A stretch of 64,000 bases of DNA, taken from positions 1-64,000 of the forward strand of contig JAPETS010000049.1 of NCBI GenBank assembly GCA_026023565.1, given 5' to 3'. The position numbers and the translations under genes are program-made. The notes under the pieces are model-generated. The model did not search any database. It was not told the DNA's origin and saw only the letters and a program-made list of their open reading frames with translations. How positions within the stretch are numbered: position 1 is the stretch's first letter; the number at the start of each line of letters is the position of its first letter. Source of the DNA: Cirrosporium novae-zelandiae (Eukaryota). This document shows positions 1 through 10,759 of this stretch, piece by piece.

Positions 1-873
1 CCCCCCCCCCCCCCTCCCCCGAGCACTTCATACTTCACATTTCACACTTCACAACTCCTAGTCCCATAACCATAACCATTCCTATCCCCAGTACCCCCCC
101 GTGGTCCCATGATACCAAGAGCTCAGAAGTTCAAAGTTCAAATATCCCATCTATTTATCCATCCATCCATCTATCTATCCTTCTCATCTTCCTCGCCCAC
201 TTTTTCTTTCTATTCTTCATTTTTTATATCTATTGGATTCAACTCGTATTTATAAGGCATACAAGTACATATTTATACACATTAAGGGAAAAGAACTTTC
301 TATTTTTTTTTTTTTTTTGACAAGGCATGTAATCCCCTTCTGGTTTGCATTCATACTTGTACCCATATCTATATTTATATATTTTCATACCTATCCCCCC
401 CCGAACTATCCCCAAATAACTACCCCTAATAAAAAATATCACATACAAAAGATTATAATACAGTAGGTCAGATCAGAATCACTACTTTTTAAATAGAATT
501 AGGTATCCTCTTTTTTTTTGTTGGATCTTATAATGCATTGGAGGAATTGATCTTTTAGTTTGGTTTGGCTCCCTTTGTTAGTGGTTAGCGGTGGCTTGTC
601 TGGGATAGTTTAGGGGATTAAGTGTTTGTTAGTTTTCAGGTTCTGGGTCGGGTGTTTTCTTTATTTCTGATTTTGATTTTTAGGGTTATGCGGCTAGATC
701 AGTCCGCCATAGCCTCTATAGGCTTCCATGTGGAACAATAAAAATGAATGAATGAATAATGCATCATGCAGCTCGGATCTAAGTCTTCCGTCTTTCGTCT
801 TCAGGAATTTTTTCTCTTTTGTCCCCCCCTTCACCCCTCACCCAATCCACTCAATCACCACTCACCAACCAAA

Positions 874-1765
874 TCACCAAGGATACACCCCATCCTTATG
901 CAAAAACCCCCCCGCCTCCCCATCTCTCCCCCCCTCCACAACCCCCAAAATAGTCTCCGCACTAACCTCCGAACTCCCGGCCCCCCTCTTCACCCTATTC
1001 TCCCGATCCTCTTCCCCAGAAAGATTCGTAACCACATAACCCGGACACACGGCAAAGACCTTGATTCCATCCTTTGCGAGGTCCTGGGCGTAGCATATGG
1101 TCATCATGTTTACGGCGGCTTTGCTTATGCGGTAGGCCATGTGGGGTTCTGTGTTGTGGGGAGTGGAGGGGTCGGATTTTAGGGAGAGGGAACCGAGCCT
1201 GCTGGAGATTGTGATGAGACGGCGGGTGTGGGTATGGGGGGTCTTTTTTAGGAGTGGGAGGAAGGCTTCGGTTACAAGTAGGGATCCGAGGGTGTTGGTG
1301 CGGAGGTTGGCGGTTAGTTGGTCCGAGAGTGGGAGGGTGAGCGGGCTGTAGATGCCCGCGTTGTTGATGAGAGTGTCCAGGTGCCCGAATTGTTCTGAGA
1401 CTTGCTTTGCCGCGGCTGAGATGGAGGTCGGGGAGTTCACATCGAGTTCGAGCAGGGAGAGAGTCCCCGGGGGTTTGAGGGCTTGGATGGAGGAGAGTGC
1501 TTTTTCGCCTTTGGGGAGCGAGCGGCTGCAGAGGATTACGTGGTAGGTGGGGGAATGCATTGCTAGGGCTTTGGCGGTGTCGAAACCGATTCCGCCGTTG
1601 GCACCTGGGAAGGGTGTGTGTGTTAGTATTTGTGTTTTGGTTTGGTTTGTCTTGGTGATGGGGATGACGATGATGACGATGATGACGATGACGATGATGC
1701 GGAGAGGGGGGAGGGATAGTCTAACCTGTGATGAGGACAATGTGCTTGTCGGAAGAAAAAGACAT
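874..1765 (-). CDS. Short-chain dehydrogenase/reductase (classical SDR), 2 exons (1765-1726, 1604-874)
   Basis: Spliced N-terminus MSFSSDKHIVLIT|GANGGIG gives the TGxxxGIG cofactor motif. NNAG and catalytic YxxSK (YRISK) are present. Intron 1725-1605 has GTTAG donor, ACTAAC branch site and CAG acceptor. Confidence 0.93.
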
Positions 1766-2699
1766 ATTGAAAGCGGTGTTTTTCAGATATTCGAATTGTA
1801 AATAGGCAATTAATCAATCAATTGAACGATGATGGAGAATACTGGATATGGAGGAATCAGACTGGTTCTCCTGTGGTATTTATAATCTGTTTTTATTATT
1901 TACTTAAATCCGCGGAGTTTAAGGGTATTGTTTCTTTTTCATCATAGTTCCCCCATCCTAGATGCATGCAGTAACGCGCGCGGGTTCATGATTTGAGGGT
2001 GTGGAGGTTAGGCAACGGATGATTAATCCTACCTATGCTATGTCCATGGCGATGTCCGCGGGAATAAGTTCTTAAAACCGATGATGGCTTGGATAAAGAA
2101 TTGAGGGTTTCTGGGTATCAGATCGGTGTCTGGAGAATGGTTTCGAGCTGCGACTGAATTAGAGGAGAGTTACTCACTCGTTATCAATAATATAAGCTTT
2201 CGAAGTTAGATGTAGTGATAGTTGGAGAGTAGAGATCTCACTATCGAGGGTAGCGAAACGAATATGTAAACCACGTCTGTACTGTACAGTGATGACATGA
2301 CCCATCCAATGCTCTTGAAGTAAAGTATATCATCGTTATCACCATCGAACCTTTTGTTTTTTCATGCAAAGTAGTAGGGAAAATATAATTCTAGAATGGA
2401 GAGGGCCCTGAAGCTAGCTATCTTTAGTACTGTAGTGAGCCACAATTCATTGTCAGCCAACCACGTTGAAACATGAATAATTAATTTAATTTTTGATATT
2501 TTTGAATATTTTCTTTGTCTGGATAATTAGCTTGTGATGTAAAATTTGTATATCTATGGTTGATTGATTCTTTTGAAAAAAATAAACTGTTGGTAGTAAA
2601 ATATGTGTTGAAACGTAAACAGGCATACAATATATAAATATCCTGGGAATGTTAAAAACTCAATAATTAGTTATCGCTATTCATGATCTTTTTTTAGAG

Positions 2700-4620
2700 G
2701 ACAAGACCTTAAGTTGAGTAATAGATATTAATCACTGATCTTAAAGAAATACCGAAAGGTATTAGGAAAGACGATAGTTATTCAACCAATGGCACACATT
2801 TAGGAGCGGCGAACTTCAGGGTCCCCCAAGTATATAATATCCCCCAGACTACAGTAATAAACAGCGGGAAGTGGAGGACAATAGACCAATGCTTGTATAG
2901 GAGCGGACACCGGCGGGCTGTCTTACCGAGATGGGTACTAGCAGGGTTCGCGACATTGAATGTTTCTACGCACGCTACGGTGGTATGGGGGCATGTGGGG
3001 GGAAAAGGAAGAGAATGTATTGATACATCTGCAGGGACTTTCAAGGGTCCTTTACAGTTCTCGAGTACTTTGGCCCTGGCTGACCGATAACCAATTACTT
3101 TTACTATTTGCAGGGGATAAGCACAGTCTTTGTTAGTGATGACCGTTGAATGTAACACCATGTGTTTTATAAATTAATGGAAAATAATGTCACCTTTGGA
3201 CCCCAAGCTTAGAAAATTTCACCGCATCTCCGTGGAGTGGGAGTTTGTCATATATTTGTTATAAGGACACGGTTTAGGTACCGAGGAATCGCTATCCGCT
3301 TGAGGTTGTACGTGGGGAACAAAAATGTCTGTAAAGTCATAATCGCATTAGCAAGTGACATATGTAAAGAGTCATGGGACTAAATCATTATTGTGAATAT
3401 ATGGGGAGATGGGGCTGGGGAAATATGGCGGCAGGATTGACTGGGCAGAATGAAAGAGGCTCTTAGAAATGCCAATCCACACAATAGCTTCCAGCCAAGC
3501 GACGTTGGAGCGATATCAAGGATCTTATTTCAAATAAGCGCATTGCTGTATAGAAATTGTTCGTCGGGGGTCCTGGTATTGGCGAGGCTGTGAACTGGAG
3601 ATTATATGTTGAGTTATCAAAAAGTGACTGGGTTGCTGAGTAACTTAGTATTGCATGTTATATTGAGCATGGTGCAGTGCATAACTCAACAATATGGAGG
3701 CCTTGGTGTAGAGGTTAAGTAACTTCTCGCGGCCCTCCTAGTTGGCCCCTTAGTTGGCCTGTTAGTTGGTATATATCCTCTATCTGAAGATAAATAAATT
3801 GCCATCATTGGCCAGTCCTCGTTTGATGTCTGAGCGATAACATCGTCGATATCGCATTACTTTTTTTCCCGATCTGAACTTCATCACTAAATTTGAACGC
3901 ATCACAAGAAGCGCACTGGATTGCAAGATATCCGCTGGGAAGCAACCTATAGTTGAGAGAACGGCGAGAGATCAACTACAACAAAAAACACTTTGTGCAG
4001 CACCGCCCGTAAACTCTTCGACCTCCTTTCTCCTTTTGCAATGCCAAGGACGAGACATCATCTTTTGATAGAACAGGTGAGCAACAGTAGCAAATGAGTT
4101 CTTCGTTATCTCGATATGAGCCGGTCACCATATTAAACATCGCCTAGCGGTTACTTGAAGTAGTTAAATTCAGTGTAGAGCGGTTCTACCGTACTAGGGA
4201 CTGGAACTGGGGACTTGGATAAGCGGTCATTGGGACATTGGGGGCCAAAATTAGGCATGTTGCAAAGCTATAGACCGGTCCAAGTTATTTGTTATGTCTG
4301 CTATACGTAATAGACCGGTTTGTAGAGCGCACACAGCCCGTATTGCAAACCAATGAAGTTGTGATTGAGGCGTGTATTGACTGAGCTTCTTGTTGAGGGC
4401 CCTGACCAAGGCTCGGACTGAGGCTTCGACTGAGGTCTTGAGTGAGCTTGCAACCGAGACCCGCATTAAATATTTTATTGAAGCTCGGATTAAGATTTTA
4501 ATTAAAATTCGAATCAATGTATTATTTAAAATAAAAAAATTATTGTAATTTGTAATCGGAAATGGTTTGTGAAGGGAATGATGCAGGAAGTAGATTTTTG
4601 GTGAGTGGCCAACTCCCGGT
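2700..4620 (-). pseudogene. Possible decayed gene or mobile-element relic (unidentified)
   Basis: About 2 kb with coding-like composition but only broken frames on the minus strand. Flanked by AT-rich patches and contains a degenerate 12-bp tandem repeat. No recognisable domain. Confidence 0.25.
4404..4535. repeat. Degenerate 12-bp tandem repeat (~11 units, consensus ~GACTGAGGCTCG)
   Basis: Units gaccaaggctcg / gactgaggcttc / gactgaggtctt ... gattaagatttt / aattaaaattcg in 12-nt register. Confidence 0.7.
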
Positions 4621-4755
4621 AGCTGACAAACTCTAGGTAACATGCGTTATAATTCTCATAACCCTTCGGCCACGGCCATTAGTCAAATCCTAAGGAACTA
4701 TCAAGAAGCCGTTCTATCCAAGCTGCTATAAATGTAACGCGAGACAAGAAATAAA

Positions 4756-4970
4756 CTAGATCATGGTACACATGTTAGCAGTCGAACCGCACAAGGCATG
4801 GTAAAACAATAAGGTTCATAAATTGAGGAGCAAGATCAGAAGTCCATTTAGATCATCGAAGCAATACTGCTTCTGACATAAGAGGTACCAGAAAATAATT
4901 GTATCGGTTGATATCATCATTTGCAAGGCTGGGAGAATGTACTATATAGGTAAAATGGAGGTTCACTTAC
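4756..4970 (-). other. Spliceosomal intron of a putative non-coding snoRNA host transcript
   Basis: Donor GTAAGT at 4970, branch site TGCTAAC at 4780-4774, acceptor TAG ending at 4756. No long ORF in the flanking exons. Confidence 0.7.
4836..4920 (-). ncRNA. snR48: Box C/D snoRNA, snR48/SNORD60 family (predicted guide for LSU rRNA Gm2793, yeast numbering), intron-encoded
   Basis: Minus strand: box C ATGATGA (4920-4914), guide TTTTCTGGTACCTCT, D' ATGT, stem gaagca-gtat-tgcttc, C'-like TCGATGA, box D CTGA (4839-4836). The guide is complementary (one U-G pair) to the recalled LSU rRNA sequence AGAGGUGCCAGAAAA. The fifth nucleotide upstream of D' pairs with G2793. Confidence 0.82.
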
Positions 4971-5363
4971 ATTGTTCAAGCCCCGTCTCTTGCTGGCCTT
5001 ATGTAGATGTCCTCGGTTGCCTAGAATCTAACAAAGAATCATAACGTTGACAATGTAGCTAGCTGATGCATCGCATTCATGTTATCTGTGGGAGAATTCA
5101 ATCTGTTGGGAGGTTGGGAGGTCCCCGTGGTTGAAGAAAGAATGGAAAAAAAATAATTTCGCGAAGATATTTGAGGCTCAATTTTAGGCGAACGCTAGTC
5201 GAAAAAGGAAATCCAGGCCCCATTGGTCGGCAGAAGATTGTTATGTAAGCCCACACAAGTCCAAATCGAAAATTAATTTCATCCCGGAACTATCTTGACG
5301 AACTTCAAGGCTCAACGACATCAACTCTGATCTCCCAGAAATCACATCACAGCAATCGCAAAA

Positions 5364-6227
5364 ATGGGTCGCCTTCACTCTAACGGAAAGGGTATCTCCT
5401 CATCAGCAATCCCCTACTCGCGCACTCCACCAGCATGGTTGAAGACCCAGCCTGAACAAGTATGTTATACCTGATATCTCATTATTGTCTACTTACCAAT
5501 CAATCTTCCCTCTATAGGTTGTCGATCAAATCTGCAAATTGGCTCGAAAAGGCGCTACTCCTTCGCAAATTGGTATGTTAAGAGTCCATTTAACCATTAC
5601 TTTTTTCTAACTCTTGATATAGGTGTCATTCTCCGAGGTCCGCTTCCTGGCGCAACTCTTCCTTCGATCTGTTAACATATACTGACCGGCAATCAACAAT
5701 CCAGATAGCCATGGCATTGCTCAAGTTAAAGTTGTGACCGGTTAGCTACTCAAGAGGCAAGAACTTTTGAATCAAGCTGATTTTAGTCATAGGAAACAAA
5801 ATCTTGAGAATCCTAAAGTCCAATGGTATGGAAATGTCGATATGAACTCAGACAATCCAATGTCGTGCCTGTGCTTGGTCTTGAGCTGACACAGTGACTT
5901 TCAACAGGGCTCGCTCCTGATGTTCCGGAAGACCGTGAGCAGAACTAGATACTCCTAACTAGCAGAATTTTTCTAACAATTTCTTAGTCTATATGCTCAT
6001 TAAAAAGGCCGTTGCTGTGCGAAAGCACCTTGAACGCAACCGAAAGGACCGAGACTCCAAGTTCCGATTGATTTTGATCGAATCCCGTATGTCCCCAAGC
6101 TATTGATTGATCGGTCGATACTAATAGTGTAGGTATCCACCGTCTTTCGAGGTACTACAAGACCGTTGGCGTCCTCCCCCCAACCTGGAGATACGAGAGC
6201 GCAACAGCAAGCACCTTGGTGGCATAG
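5364..6227 (+). CDS. RPS13: 40S ribosomal protein S13 (uS15), 8 exons
   Basis: Spliced product [27 protein letters not shown]...[38 protein letters not shown]...[10 protein letters not shown]. Exons 5364-5459, 5518-5572, 5623-5637, 5705-5740, 5793-5825, 5908-5934, 5988-6086, 6133-6227, all GT-AG. Confidence 0.98.
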
Positions 6228-6478
6228 AGGGGATGGAAGAAAATGTGACTTGTGGGGATGTTTCAAGCGTGATTGCATTGATATCACGATAGTAGCGAAC
6301 TAGAATAGCTACTGCTCCACAATATGAGAGATGAAGGTTTTCCTTCCAATCGTTGGATTACCACTAAAATATATCTATTGTGTCCTATACCTGCTACCAG
6401 TTTTCCGTGGATTTTACCTCAAACTCCATAACTCCATCTCTATACAATACGCCATGGGAACACCCTATTCAATCCCCA

Positions 6479-7059
6479 TTATGAGCCTTCAAGCTCTTTG
6501 CTCTTTTGTATAAGGTATTCTCCCAAAACTCGTAAAGGATCCGAGGGCCTGGTAAAGGTGGTAAGCTTCATAACACATAGTTTTAGGTAGTGGCTATTTA
6601 AGATTTAACGTACTGTTCTTTCGCCAAATGTTTCATGCCCTCAAGTAAGGCCCTAGTAACTTTCTCGTTCAAATATTTCCTTGCAGGTGCACCGTGAGAA
6701 GCAGACTTGGAAGGCATCGACGAATGGTCGATAATCCCATTTAGGTTTTTTGTTGGCGTTGCTGTCCTATGAGGTGGTGCTGGGGTAGAAGTTGAAGAAC
6801 GGGGTTGCGGAGCAGGTGAATTCTATGGAAGGGTTAGCGGGATTATTCGGAGATTCCGAGGGGATCGTGCCCTGGTAGTTATTGAGTCGTCCGCCATTGT
6901 AACATCTGTTGAAATAGACTGAGGGGGGACTGTATGTGGGGTGGAGGTTGAGGTAGCTTGCAAAAGGGATTGTTCTGTTGTTTCTTGATTTCCTAGAGGC
7001 GAATCCTGAGCTTGTTGTGAGATACGGCTATTGGTTGGGTCAACTTCTGCTTCCGCCAT
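6479..7059 (-). CDS. SDC1: COMPASS/Set1C subunit Sdc1 (Dpy-30 motif), 3 exons
   Basis: Spliced C-terminus GAPARKYLNEKVTRALLEGMKHLAKEQ|PSDPLRVLGEYLIQKS matches the Dpy-30 motif. Low-complexity N-terminus. Confidence 0.88.
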
Positions 7060-7333
7060 TGTGAGTGGGTATTGGCTATTTTGTGAACACTAATAATAAC
7101 GAGAGGAGTTAGCTATAGTTGTGATCTTAATACAATATTTAACAATTGCGAAAATGATGTTGATTTGATCTCGTGACGTCGCTTAAATTTCGTGATGAAC
7201 GCGACTTCATGGGACTGATTTAGAATTCTTGTTGAAGGTCTCCAAAAGAAGAAATTTATACGAGATGGGCTGCTTCCTAATAATAGCTCTGATCTAAGTG
7301 GAATATTTTATTATAATCAGGCCAAGCTCGATC

Positions 7334-8109
7334 ATGACCACTCCCCAAATCTCTACACAGGTACATCCATCTCCGAATAGCGCTCCTCCGAGCCCACTGT
7401 CGCAAGATCATCAATCACCGTTACAATCTTATCCGAAGGATCGATCCAAGACATCGTGTTCAACACCAGATCTGGAACAGTTCCCCAAGGATATATCCTT
7501 CCAAGCTGCTGTTGAAAACCTACGCAGAATGTCACAGCCAGAACCGATTACTCCCAAAGACACTGAGCCTATCAAATTCCCTACCATAAACGGCAAATCG
7601 GCTACATCAAATTCTACGCAATCTGATGGGAAAGAAGAGCTTAAAGAATCCCCAGAAGATATCGGGGATTTTGACTGGGATGATTTAGAGAGGAGATACG
7701 AGAATGCTATGGCTGAAAGGTCAGAGGCTGAAGATAAAATCTTTCAAGAATTCAACGGTCTTGTTCAAGTGATTGTGCCACTTTGGTCCCTCGGGAAGTT
7801 TTATTCACTTACGTTATGTAGATATTCTCTGCTTGGGCTCAAACAGCATCGGTTCATGACAGTGAACGAGCCCTCAAGAGGTATAGTACAGGAGTAGAAA
7901 CATATTAGGGTCACGCAATTAACTTGTAGCAGATTAAGAACCCGAATAACCTATACTCAGCAAGCCGAGGATAGACTTGAAGAAAAAAAGGAGCACTGTA
8001 AGCTTTCTCATTGCTCTACGTCGTTGCCGGATGCTTTTGCTAACAATCTGTAGACCGAAAAGTAGTTCAAGCGTTTCAGAGTGCGCTTAGTCTTCTGGGA
8101 AACATCTAA
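7334..8109 (+). CDS. Hypothetical protein with C-terminal coiled coil, 4 exons
   Basis: Long first exon ending ...DFDWDDLERRYENAMAERSEAEDKIFQEFNGLVQ. Three GT-AG introns restore a continuous frame to ...VVQAFQSALSLLGNI*. Confidence 0.7.
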
Positions 8110-8922
8110 GTCTGGTACTTTGGTTTCTGATCATTGTTGGTGCTCAGAAGCTATCGCCGAATGCCAATTGCCCATAACAACAGGGTGGTTACCGAAAGCT
8201 CTTCAGATGTCCTCAGGCTCAAGTATTCTACCGACAGTTTCTGAAAATCACGCTCCGATTGAATATCATGCTATGAACTCGGAAGATATTCCATTGTCCT
8301 TTCATCCAAATCGCTGTGATATCTTGTGAACTTATGGGGCTTCTTTACGAAACCTCCTAGATAAAGAGCATTCTTTGAAGTGAATGAATCACTTTGAGGG
8401 CTATAGGGATTGATAATCAAAACCAGGGTCTCTTGGGGTATCGTTTTTGCGAATCCCCTGTTATTATTTGATAGATGTAGCCTGCATGTACGGAAAATAC
8501 AAGCATAAAAGTTTTTAGGAGGGTTACTTTGGTAGGAGGTATGTCAAATTCATCAACCAGTATAGCTCCACCTCCTCGAACAATCCCCTATCCTTGCTTC
8601 ACATTTATTCTATTATTAGCGTAATTTGATCATATTCTGATGTTTGTTGTTCAGGACATCTGGAGAAATGTACAGTACATGAACAGCTCCCTGCGGTACC
8701 AGAATATGGCCCCTTAAAGCTGATTGTTTTTATCAAGCTTTTCGCCATAATTATGGTATTCAAATGGAATATTAGTAGTTACTATCACGTAGAAGTGGTC
8801 GAAAGCCTTTGAAAATTCATGTTTTCACCGCCTTCATCATTTTGCCACCAATAGAGCTCTCGGTTACTGCCAGCCCCTCCATTTATACATTCTAGCGATT
8901 CCCAAACATCTACTTTGCGATT

Positions 8923-10014
8923 ATGAGTGGTGAATCAAGTGATCGTGATAAAGACCTTCTCGCCCGCTTAAATTCTCTTAAAAAGTCCAGTGTTCAGTTG
9001 AACCTTTCTCCGTGCGTCGAGCTACCACACTTGTTCTACTATAACTAATCCCTTCCAAGACCCTTATCTTCCCTCCATCTATCCTCTTCCAAGCCTTCAA
9101 ATGATGCATCCTCCAATGACATTGATAACAGCCTTTCTGCGCGATTTAAACGGCTAGGTGGTCTAGGTTCCACTCGTAATGTCGCTCAGGCGAGTAGCGA
9201 AGAAGACGATGGTACTACTGAAGTTACACCACATAATCCCGAGGATGACCGAAATCTCGATGAACTCCTGGCAGATCTTGGGCCTGAAGAACAATGGACA
9301 CTGGATCCAAATGATGAGAAGGATGTACATATGTTAATATCCGAGGCGGAAAATGCATTGAAAATGGAAATGCCTTCGGTAGAAGAAGAACATAATGGCA
9401 CTAAGGAGGGAGTAGGGGAGTCAGAGAGCTCTACACAAGAAAACAAGCCCTCAGAATTGTCTGATCAAGCCAAATCTATTGCTGCTACCAGCACAGAAGA
9501 GACATCAGCAAATGGCCGTACAGCCGAAGAAGATGCAAACGATAATGAGGAAGCAGATAATTATGTCCGCAGAATCCTAGACGAACTCGCAGTTGAAGAG
9601 CGGGAAGCCCGTAATCGGCCTACATCTACGTCTCCCCAATCTAGTGATGATAATAAACTCCACCTCCTTCCCGTCGATGAATCCCCTTTCAACCTTCCAT
9701 CCGCACCCACTACCCTCCCCTCGACTTCAATATCACTTCCATCAGCCCCCACCTTCGCGCCTAGTTCCCTTGGGAAATCTACAGCAAGGCAACCTAAGAC
9801 CGGGACAACAAAGCACAATGGTTTCACGGAAGAGGAAATGGAATCCTGGTGTTGTATCTGTAACGAAGATGCCAGGGTTAGGTGTTTGGGATGCGATGGG
9901 GATCTCTACTGCGAAGAATGTTGGAGGGAAGGACATGGAGACCAACCAGGACAGGAGAAAGGGCATAAAGCTGTGAGGTATGTAAGAAAAAGGGAGGGGA
10001 TTGCTGCGTCGTAA
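8923..10014 (+). CDS. ANCHR/ZFYVE19-like protein (N-terminal MIM1-like motifs, C-terminal B-box-type Zn finger), 2 exons
   Basis: C-terminal WCCICNEDARVRCLGCDGDLYCEECWREGH...GH resembles the ZFYVE19 C-terminal zinc finger. Intron ~9012-9059 joins MSGESSDRDKDLLARLNSLKK in frame with the 9331 ORF. Confidence 0.8.
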
Positions 10015-10759
10015 GACTATGAGCATTCAAATATACTTTGGTAGATATTATACATGGTAGTGGTGTTAAGCAAGTAAGCGAGCGAAGCCTCAGCATTAAG
10101 CTTCGCTTCCACATTATACATTATACGGCGGATAGTTGAGCTAGTTAAGTAGTTGGGTAGTTTTGATAGCTTTCCATCTCTTTCCTCTTTTGGTTATTAA
10201 TGGGTTACATGGGTCCATGGCTGATCTCCGTGCCCCGAGCTAAGGAGAACACTTTCTTGCAGAGGCCGCATAGTGGGTCGCGTATTATACCATACACCGT
10301 ACCATAGCGATCATGTACTGTCCTGTGTAGCATGTTGTGTAATTAATTCATTCTTCCAGGTCTTCCAGGTTTATCTTTATCTGTAATCTAATTACCGTGC
10401 ATTCATGGCGTGTACTTTGCAGGACTAACATCCTAAATGGTTTTCAAAATACCTTCTGCTTCTACGCTTTTTTATAACTAGACTGAGCCTTTTCTCTATC
10501 GGCCAATGATAGTTATCTGAAGCATCCACTTTAACATGATCGAGCTTCTTCAATTGTCATTTGCCCCAGTGGGAAGCTGGGAACTCTTTTATCCCTTCCC
10601 CTCCACTGTTTCTCGTTCCCCGGGTCTACTCTAAATTCCTTGACGTGTGCTGCTTCTAGAGCCCGTCTTTTCTTTTATCCTCCACCCTTCGACTATCTGC
10701 TTCTATAGCTGGTCAGAGCTGTCTTTGCTAATTGTTTTCCTCCCGAGGACCTGAAAACC

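Noticed and set aside
233..1182. Short ORFs on both strands near the window start
   Set aside because: They are low-complexity translations or antisense/overlapping frames of the SDR 3' end, with no motifs.
2289..2411. GTGATGA...CTGA pair suggestive of a second C/D snoRNA
   Set aside because: No recognisable rRNA or snRNA guide, no D'/C' pair and no flanking intron signals.
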